DNA from: a virus
Taxonomy: Duplodnaviria > Caudoviricetes
Direction: 5' to 3' (one strand)
Length of the DNA stretch: 38,147 nucleotides
IMG/VR virus record: IMGVR_UViG_3300017909_003696
Span: 1-38,147 of that record
The notes beneath the pieces were generated by a model. It was not told the DNA's origin. It saw only the letters and a program-made list of their open reading frames with translations, and ran no database searches. Of the stretch, positions 1-6,326 are shown in pieces. Both the position numbers and the translations under genes were made by a program. The first letter of the stretch is position 1. Every line of letters begins with the position of its first letter.

Positions 1-612
1 GAAGAGCAGGCTGTTGTTAACTTGATGCCTATTCCTGTAGATGCAATCGCACGAGCACATGCGCGTGCAGTTGAGGATGCAATTCTTAATGGAGCAGGCT
101 CCATTACAGGTCTTGCAGGTGAAGCAGACTCTGCAGCATTTGATTACGACTTTAGTGGTGATGGCAGCAGCCCTCACACCAACAAGCTGACTTCAGCCAA
201 CTTGCTAGACATGCGTCAAGGAATGGGTAAATATGGTATGAATCCTTCTGACGTTGTATACATCGTAAACCAGCAAGGCTACTATGACTTGCTTGATGAT
301 GCTAGCTTCCAGACTCTTGATGAAGTCGGTAGTGATCTAGCAGTACGAGTAGTTGGTACGTTGGGTGCCGTTTACGGCTCTGCAGTTGTTGCTTCTGAGG
401 AAATGACTCATGCGGCCGGTAGTGAGGCAGCATTTGCAGTTAATACCCGCAACTATGTGATTCCTCGACTTCGTGGCGTAACTGTTGAGCAAGATTACGA
501 AGTACGTGCACAGCGTAAAGTAATCGTTGCTTCTCAGTCTCTCGGTTTTGAAGAGTTGGTAGCAGCCTCTGGTGGCGACAAGCCTTCTATCAAGATCTCT
601 AACGTAGCTTAA
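1..612 (+). CDS. Major capsid protein (HK97 fold, T5 pb8-like), 5'-truncated by the window edge
   Basis: Frame is open from position 1 (EEQAVVNLMP...). Spine-helix segment ARAHARAVEDAILNG, then GKYG.NP..VVYIV, G.VYGS.VV.SE and VEQD....Q..VIVASQ.LGF resemble T5-type MCP. Followed by a strong terminator and head-completion gene. Confidence 0.92.
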   Translation, partial: EEQAVVNLMPIPVDAIARAHARAVEDAILNGAGSITGLAGEADSAAFDYDFSGDGSSPHTNKLTSANLLDMRQGMGKYGMNPSDVVYIVNQQGYYDLLDDASFQTLDEVGSDLAVRVVGTLGAVYGSAVVASEEMTHAAGSEAAFAVNTRNYVIPRLRGVTVEQDYEVRAQRKVIVASQSLGFEELVAASGGDKPSIKISNVA

Positions 613-629
613 TATTTTTTAAGCCATAC

Positions 630-660
630 AACCTGGGGCGGTTCGCCGCCCCAAGTTTTT
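630..660 (+). terminator. Rho-independent terminator after the MCP gene
   Basis: TGGGGCGG-TTCG-CCGCCCCA hairpin (634-653) followed by AGTTTTT. Confidence 0.9.
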
Positions 661-672
661 ACTAATATACTT

Positions 673-1260
673 ATGGCAGACCTAATAACATTAGCAAAAT
701 ATAAAGAGTTTGAAGGGATTGATTCTACAACGAATGATCTTAAATTTCAAACTATTATACCTGCTGTGAGTCAATTAGTAAAGACTTACTGTGCAAACTC
801 GTTTGTAGATTTTTTCTCAACGAATAAGACAGAAACATTCACCTTAGACTGGAATACTTATGTAGTTCAGCTCACAGAAAGTCCAGTTAATAGCATAGTT
901 AGTGTAAAGGAAAGACAGTCTTACTCAGACACTTATACAACACTAACTACATCTAGTTTTGAGTATTATTTAGATTATTCTACTGATAGTATTATTCGTA
1001 CAGATAACAGTGGCAAGCGTAAAAATTTTCCCAAAGGAGTAGGAGCTGTAGAGGTTGTTTACACAGCAGGCTACTCTACTATACCTAATGATCTTATGCT
1101 AGCAGTAGTTGATTTAATTACTTATTACTTTAAGAAAGAACATAAGCAGCGACGAACTTTGGGCGGAGCTACTTTAGATAATCCAGGAACTAGCAGCTTA
1201 GATAATGGAGGACTACCCGATCATATCAAGCGAGTACTAGATATGTATAAAAACTTTTAA
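673..1260 (+). CDS. Head completion / head-tail connector protein (T5 p144 / gp6-like)
   Basis: LITL..YK N-terminus, V.V.YTAGY..IP.DL.LAV and LP.HIKRVLD.YK C-terminus; lies directly after MCP. Confidence 0.85.
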   Translation: MADLITLAKYKEFEGIDSTTNDLKFQTIIPAVSQLVKTYCANSFVDFFSTNKTETFTLDWNTYVVQLTESPVNSIVSVKERQSYSDTYTTLTTSSFEYYLDYSTDSIIRTDNSGKRKNFPKGVGAVEVVYTAGYSTIPNDLMLAVVDLITYYFKKEHKQRRTLGGATLDNPGTSSLDNGGLPDHIKRVLDMYKNF

Positions 1261-2690
1261 TGTCTAGGTCCAATGTTAGAAAAACGGTAGCTGATAAGCT
1301 CTTACATAGGCTAAGCGCAGAAGAGAATAGAAGAACTCGAAAGGCTGTACAAGGTACTAGACCTCAGCTTTTATATCTTGAAAATATAAATTTTATTAAC
1401 GAAGCTATTCAAGAGATGAATAGTAGGCACGGAGATAAGCTAGGGCAGCTAAAGATTTTACAAGGAAATCAGTCTGCAAATTTAAAAAAAGCAAGAGAAC
1501 TAGCTGATATAAGACAAAAAAGGTACATAAATAAATATAAATTTAGTGGGCCTGCAGTAATAGAAAACACTCCGGCAGGAAAAGCAATTTTTGCTACAAA
1601 GGCTATGGGAGGAGACCCTAGGGCTAAAAAGCTAATAAAAGAAGGAAAAGCTTTCATTGTTTCTAGTTTTGGTGTTTTAAGAAAGCTAAAAGTAGATATA
1701 ATAGCAGAAATAGTTTCAGGAACAGAAGATCAAATAGCAAAGCTAAAAAGCACTATTGATAGAGGTCACGGTCCAGAAGGGAGCGCAGTATCAAGCCTTA
1801 CTATTCAAAGAGGATTGAAACAACTAGATACGGTGGTTGATGATGAGTCTGCAATGCTTCAAATAACAAATGATTTGAAAGCATATGTAAATAACTCAAT
1901 AAAGTCAGGAGATATTGATGCTTCTATTGGCTCAGAAATAAAAAGTATAGTTGTAGACTATCATAGTAATATAACAAAAAAGGGTGCAGTTTCAGCAGCG
2001 TACATTCCTAGCATAGTCTACCAGAATAAGTATGAAAATAGAGCTATAGATGCTATAAGAGAGAGGCAGGCTCTTGATGTTGTACGAAAGTTTTTTGAAG
2101 ATGTAGGATCAGAAACCTTAGCAAAATTAGAAAGTTCCAGCAGCCTGGAAGATAGAATATATGCTAGAGTCATTGAATCTTTTATTGCTAATCCAAAAAA
2201 TAAACAGATAAAATTAAATAAAAAGATAGATTCAAGAAAAATAAAGTTTAAAGCTGAAGGAAAAGTTAAGCAACAGAATAAGTCCAAGAACAAATCTAAG
2301 GGCTCGATTATACCACACAAAGTTTCGAAGTCTGTACCAGCAAATAGAAAAACTAGAGCAACGCAAGGAGCCGCTAATCTTGCAAATATACTAGGTATAT
2401 TAAACGCTAGACTTCCATCAAAAGTAGTGGCTAACATGAACCCTCCTGCTCTTGAGAATAGGACAGGTAGATTTGCAGCTAGTGTTAGGGCTACGGATAT
2501 TATACCTACAAAGCAAGGGTATCCTAGTATAGGATACACCTATCAAAAAAATCCGTACCAAGTGTTTGAGAGCAGTAGCGGTAGTCGCTTTTCTAGCCCG
2601 CAAAGAGACCCAAGAGTACTTATTGACAAATCAATTCGAGAAATTTTGGCAGAATATTTAATCGGAAGAATATATACTAGGAGAGAATAG
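1260..2690 (+). CDS. Tail completion protein (T5 p143-like C-terminal domain) with a long basic N-terminal extension
   Basis: Synteny between connector and terminator; C-terminal LN.RLP..V..NM..PAL.NRTGRFA...YTY...PYQVFE...RDPR.LI..SIREI; TAATG overlap with the upstream stop. Confidence 0.75.
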   Translation: MSRSNVRKTVADKLLHRLSAEENRRTRKAVQGTRPQLLYLENINFINEAIQEMNSRHGDKLGQLKILQGNQSANLKKARELADIRQKRYINKYKFSGPAVIENTPAGKAIFATKAMGGDPRAKKLIKEGKAFIVSSFGVLRKLKVDIIAEIVSGTEDQIAKLKSTIDRGHGPEGSAVSSLTIQRGLKQLDTVVDDESAMLQITNDLKAYVNNSIKSGDIDASIGSEIKSIVVDYHSNITKKGAVSAAYIPSIVYQNKYENRAIDAIRERQALDVVRKFFEDVGSETLAKLESSSSLEDRIYARVIESFIANPKNKQIKLNKKIDSRKIKFKAEGKVKQQNKSKNKSKGSIIPHKVSKSVPANRKTRATQGAANLANILGILNARLPSKVVANMNPPALENRTGRFAASVRATDIIPTKQGYPSIGYTYQKNPYQVFESSSGSRFSSPQRDPRVLIDKSIREILAEYLIGRIYTRRE

Positions 2691-3142
2691 TGGCTGTACG
2701 AGATTATGTTTCTAAGAGATCAAATATTATTGAAGCATTAGTAACGGCCCTAAAGACTATAAATGGCTCTGGCCAGTTTCTCACTGATTTAAATAATAAT
2801 GTTTCAGGTCGATTAAAGTTTTGGGATGAAGTCGAGGATTTTCCTGCAGTTCATTTAAATGCTGGATCTGAAACAAGAGAATATCAGGGAGGGGGCTTTA
2901 AGGATAGATACCTATCTGTAACAATTCGTATCTATGTTCAAGAAGAAGATGCCCAAGTAAAACTGAACGAAGTAATGGAAGATATCGAGACTGTGATTGA
3001 AACAAACTCTAATCTGCAGTATACTGATAAACTAAATACTGTTTACAACGTTCATCAAATGTCCGTCGTTAGTATAGATACTGATGAAGGCGTACTAGAG
3101 CCTTTAGGCGTAGGAGAGATGCTTATCGAGGTTCGTTATTAA
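2690..3142 (+). CDS. Tail terminator protein (T5 p142-like)
   Basis: 150 aa, GTG start overlapping the upstream TAG; FWDEV.DFP.V, ETREY, I.TDEG.L.PLG.GE...EVRY; precedes the tail tube gene. Confidence 0.85.
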   Translation: MAVRDYVSKRSNIIEALVTALKTINGSGQFLTDLNNNVSGRLKFWDEVEDFPAVHLNAGSETREYQGGGFKDRYLSVTIRIYVQEEDAQVKLNEVMEDIETVIETNSNLQYTDKLNTVYNVHQMSVVSIDTDEGVLEPLGVGEMLIEVRY

Positions 3143-3184
3143 GAAAATACTGGCACGAACAAATGTTCACGTTCAAGTCTTTTC
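3143..3184 (+). promoter_or_regulatory. Imperfect RNA hairpin in the leader of the tail tube gene
   Basis: GAAAA-T-ACT...GAAC[AAAT]GTTC...AGT-C-TTTTC pairs across the intergenic gap and leaves the SD AGGAGA (3193-3198) free. Confidence 0.4.
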
Positions 3185-3203
3185 AAGTTCATAGGAGAAA
3201 ACT

Positions 3204-4472
3204 ATGGCAGAACAATTATATTTTAGCCGCGACACAAAAATGTTTTTGGAGTTCGACGGCTATGTGTGGTCTATTCCTGTATTGGATGGATTCAGTTTTT
3301 CGCAAGCTACAAACAGTACTGAGGTAAGTCTTAATGAGATGGAATCATCTGCTGGTGTATCTCGTCGTGGTCGAAGAGCTTTTAATGACTCTCTTGCGCC
3401 AGCAGAGTGGTCATTTTCTACTTATGTAAGACCTTTTACTTCAGCGGGCTCAGGAACCGGTGCTGCCGACTCAGCGGCAGAAGTACATGCTGTTGAAGAG
3501 GTTTTATGGGCACTTATGGCCGGCGCAAAGAACTATGCTTCTAGTAAGTTTGATGATGGCGCAAGTAGTCCTACGGATGTTCTTGTTCCTGGAAGCTCAA
3601 ATATGACTGTTACATTTGCTCAGTCTCAGTCTTCTACTCTTGGAACAGCAAATATTTATTTTGTTCTTGGAGATGCAAACTTTACTGTAATGAAAATGGA
3701 AGGCGTAACTGTAAATGAAGCAACTCTTGACTTTGATATTGATGGTATTGCCACAATTAGTTGGTCAGGAAATGCTACAAATCTAACAGATCATACAGCA
3801 AATACTGTAGTTGCTGCTGCTGCAGCTAAGCCTACTTCCGGTACAGGATCTGCAGTTGGTGACGTCGTTCTTGTTTCAGATGATGAAAATAGGCTTCTTG
3901 TTACTCTTTCAGCAAGCGGTGCAAGTCACACGGCTCAAGTTTATGAAGCAACTACAAGTACGACTAACTTTATTCGTAATCGACTAACTATTCTTACTAT
4001 TGCTCCTACCGATCAAGACCCAGATGGAGATGGCTCTAATGAGCTAGAAGCTTCTTATAGCCTAACCCTGACGGGAGGAAGTATTACGATTTCAAATAAT
4101 AACACTTATATTACCCCGGAAGAAATTGGTCTCGTAAACGTTCCAATCGGGCATGTAACAGGAACAAGAAATGTTTCAGGTTCCTTTACATGTTATCTAA
4201 CGGAGAATACAACTGGAACAAATGCAGATAATTCTTCAAACGACTTCTTTACGGATTTGAGAGCAATCACAAATGTTGTAACTAATTCATTCAACCTAGT
4301 GTTTAAGGTTGGTGGCGCATCAGGAACAGGTCTTGAGCTTGCGATGCCTACTTGCCACGTTGAGATACCGACACACAGTATTGAAGATATTATTTCATTA
4401 GAAACAAACTTCATGGCTTTGCCGTCGGCAATCACAGCCGCAGACGAACTAAACCTAACCTACAGACCGTAA
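3204..4472 (+). CDS. Major tail tube protein (T5 pb6-like)
   Basis: RG.R.FNDSL.PAEWSFSTY..P motif characteristic of pb6, plus VNEA.LDFDIDGIATI.WSG, I.NNNTYITPE and H.TGTR.VSGS.T.YL; strong SD. Confidence 0.92.
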   Translation: MAEQLYFSRDTKMFLEFDGYVWSIPVLDGFSFSQATNSTEVSLNEMESSAGVSRRGRRAFNDSLAPAEWSFSTYVRPFTSAGSGTGAADSAAEVHAVEEVLWALMAGAKNYASSKFDDGASSPTDVLVPGSSNMTVTFAQSQSSTLGTANIYFVLGDANFTVMKMEGVTVNEATLDFDIDGIATISWSGNATNLTDHTANTVVAAAAAKPTSGTGSAVGDVVLVSDDENRLLVTLSASGASHTAQVYEATTSTTNFIRNRLTILTIAPTDQDPDGDGSNELEASYSLTLTGGSITISNNNTYITPEEIGLVNVPIGHVTGTRNVSGSFTCYLTENTTGTNADNSSNDFFTDLRAITNVVTNSFNLVFKVGGASGTGLELAMPTCHVEIPTHSIEDIISLETNFMALPSAITAADELNLTYRP

Positions 4473-4487
4473 GGGCAGTTTAGCATG

Positions 4488-4514
4488 AAGAAAGGGGCTT
4501 TGGCCCCTTTTTTC
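4488..4514 (+). terminator. Rho-independent terminator after the tail tube gene
   Basis: AAAGGGGC-TTTG-GCCCCTTT hairpin (4491-4510) plus T tract. Confidence 0.88.
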
Positions 4515-4521
4515 TTATACC

Positions 4522-4565
4522 TATAAAAAATAGTTCTTGACATTTATGCTCCTGTCAATTATACT
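4522..4565 (+). promoter_or_regulatory. Sigma70-type promoter with A-tract UP element, driving the baseplate/TMP operon
   Basis: TTGACA (4537-4542), 17-nt spacer, TATACT (4560-4565), upstream TATAAAAAATAGTTC. Confidence 0.85.
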
Positions 4566-4610
4566 ATACTTTAATAAAAGGAGTATAAGGTTCCTCAAAG
4601 AGTATAAGAC

Positions 4611-5519
4611 ATGCCAACTTACAATTTTAAAAGAAACAGCTCTGTCTTTATAGTATCTGGAGGTAATCGTTATAAGCTAGATATAAGTGATATTAATTTT
4701 AGTCAAACTTTTCGGGAAGAAAGTTACCCGGTAAAAACCCTTCATGGAACAATTCAATCCGCTCATACAGAAGAGTTTTTCGAAGGAAGCGTAACCAATT
4801 CCGCAGGAAATGCAAATTTTAGTTTTACAATACCTGCTTTAAGTGAAGCAGATTTTACTATTGTTGAGACTCTGCTTGTATCTGTGGATACTTTTGATAT
4901 TTTTATTGAAGCTGATACTGAAACATTTAAACTAGAAACTTGCGTCATAACAAATGGAGCGTTCGTAATTGAGAGATCACGACCCCTGAGTATTGACATT
5001 CAAGGACAGGCAGGAAAGTTAGTAAAAGATGCAACAGTAACAGGCACTTTAGTTTCACGAAGTGGAACTAGAACTTATATAACTAATCCAACCATTTCTA
5101 TAGATATTGATGGTAACTCACTTGATAGTGTAACGTCTATTTCTTTAGAATTACAAAATGAAGTAAGCTGGACAGGTTATAAAACTATACAAGGCGCTTT
5201 AGCCGCTACCTCTGCTGCAAACTCGATGTATCCTTCGAGTTTTACTGTCTCTAAAAAGATTCTTTCTGGGTCTATTTCTCAATATTTATCTGATACAAAT
5301 AACTCTACTGTTAATACGTGGGATACTTCCGCCTCTATGACTATAAAGGCAGGAAATGGATTGTCAGGCGGAGCTTTTAGAGGTTTTTCTTTTGGACCTG
5401 CTACCTGCTCATTTACAAATAGAGTAGCAGTAGGAACATTGTATCAACAAAGTTATGACTGGAGACTTGTAGCAAATCCAAGTGATTTAGCTACTATACT
5501 TAAATATGAAACTGACTGA
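4611..5519 (+). CDS. Baseplate tube protein / minor tail protein (T5 p140-like)
   Basis: 302 aa, directly after tail tube; paralogous two-subdomain pattern (FSQTF, ANFSF, LQNEV.W, LSGSI.QY). Confidence 0.78.
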   Translation: MPTYNFKRNSSVFIVSGGNRYKLDISDINFSQTFREESYPVKTLHGTIQSAHTEEFFEGSVTNSAGNANFSFTIPALSEADFTIVETLLVSVDTFDIFIEADTETFKLETCVITNGAFVIERSRPLSIDIQGQAGKLVKDATVTGTLVSRSGTRTYITNPTISIDIDGNSLDSVTSISLELQNEVSWTGYKTIQGALAATSAANSMYPSSFTVSKKILSGSISQYLSDTNNSTVNTWDTSASMTIKAGNGLSGGAFRGFSFGPATCSFTNRVAVGTLYQQSYDWRLVANPSDLATILKYETD

Positions 5520-5530
5520 GGAGGTCATTG

Positions 5531-5977
5531 ATGGAACTTAAAAAGTTAATGGTTGATAGTAAATCAACTTGGGTCGATTTTCCTGGATTACCAGGATTCA
5601 GTGTAGAAGTTGTAAATCTATCTCGAAAAGAACTTTCTTTACTGAGAAAAAGATGCACTACACAAAAATTTGATAGAAAAACTCGTCAACCTATTGAACA
5701 GTTGGACGAAGACAAGTTTGTTGAAGAGTTTTCTAAATCAAGCATTAAAGGTTGGAAGGGATTAACTCTTGAAAGCTTAGAAACTTTGATTCTGATTGAT
5801 ATATCAGGGCAAGATCCTAAAGCTGAAGTAGATTATACGTTAGAAAATGCAGAGTTGCTTGTCGCTAACTCTAGTGAATTTGATACATGGCTCAACGAGG
5901 TAGTCTTTGACTTAGATAACTTTCGTAGCAAGCCAAAAGGAAGAAGTATTAAAGCGCCTAGAGAGGATGTTTCTTAA
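5531..5977 (+). CDS. Tail assembly chaperone (gpG-like)
   Basis: SD GAGGAGG (5518-5524) favours ATG 5531 over TTG 5528; IKGWKG and Y..ENA.LL.. motifs; two genes upstream of TMP. Confidence 0.82.
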   Translation: MELKKLMVDSKSTWVDFPGLPGFSVEVVNLSRKELSLLRKRCTTQKFDRKTRQPIEQLDEDKFVEEFSKSSIKGWKGLTLESLETLILIDISGQDPKAEVDYTLENAELLVANSSEFDTWLNEVVFDLDNFRSKPKGRSIKAPREDVS

Positions 5978-6326
5978 CTTTGATACAGGAATGACTCGCG
6001 ATAAATATTTTGCGATGAAAGAACAGTTAGGACAAGAACCTGTAGAAAGTGAAATTCCTCCAGACTTAGAAGATTTTCCTGAGATAGTAAATTATGCGAT
6101 TTCTGCTTTTAATCTATTAGGCGATAGAGTATACCCCGAAATTGGATATACAGGCAAAGATTATTCAAAATTACCTTATATTTTAGAAATTTACAATATA
6201 GACGATAAAGAGTATTTTCTTGAACTACTGAACTGGTTGGACGCCAGAGCTATTAAAAAATCTTCAGAACAAATGAAGAAGGAGTATGAAAAGCTAAAGA
6301 GACAATCTAGTGGCAAACGAAGTTAA
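5967..6326 (+). CDS. Tail assembly chaperone extension (gpT-like), probably reached by +1 frameshift; frame open from 5916
   Basis: Overlaps the chaperone ORF in the +1 frame and overlaps the TMP start; L.DR......YTGKDY motif; ATG 5967 has no properly spaced SD. Confidence 0.75.
   Translation: MFLNFDTGMTRDKYFAMKEQLGQEPVESEIPPDLEDFPEIVNYAISAFNLLGDRVYPEIGYTGKDYSKLPYILEIYNIDDKEYFLELLNWLDARAIKKSSEQMKKEYEKLKRQSSGKRS

Noticed and set aside
22-27. ORF-track start of the capsid gene at 22
   Set aside because: Frame is open from position 1; the gene begins upstream of the window.
663-672. TATACT as a -10 for a leaderless connector transcript
   Set aside because: Only 1 nt from the ATG and no matching -35.
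4527-4558. Divergent minus-strand promoter from the reverse TTGACA at 4553-4558
   Set aside because: No acceptable -10 at 16-18 nt spacing on the minus strand.
5916-5977. Canonical -1 slippery heptamer for the chaperone pair
   Set aside because: The downstream ORF is in the +1 frame and no X XXY YYZ site fits.
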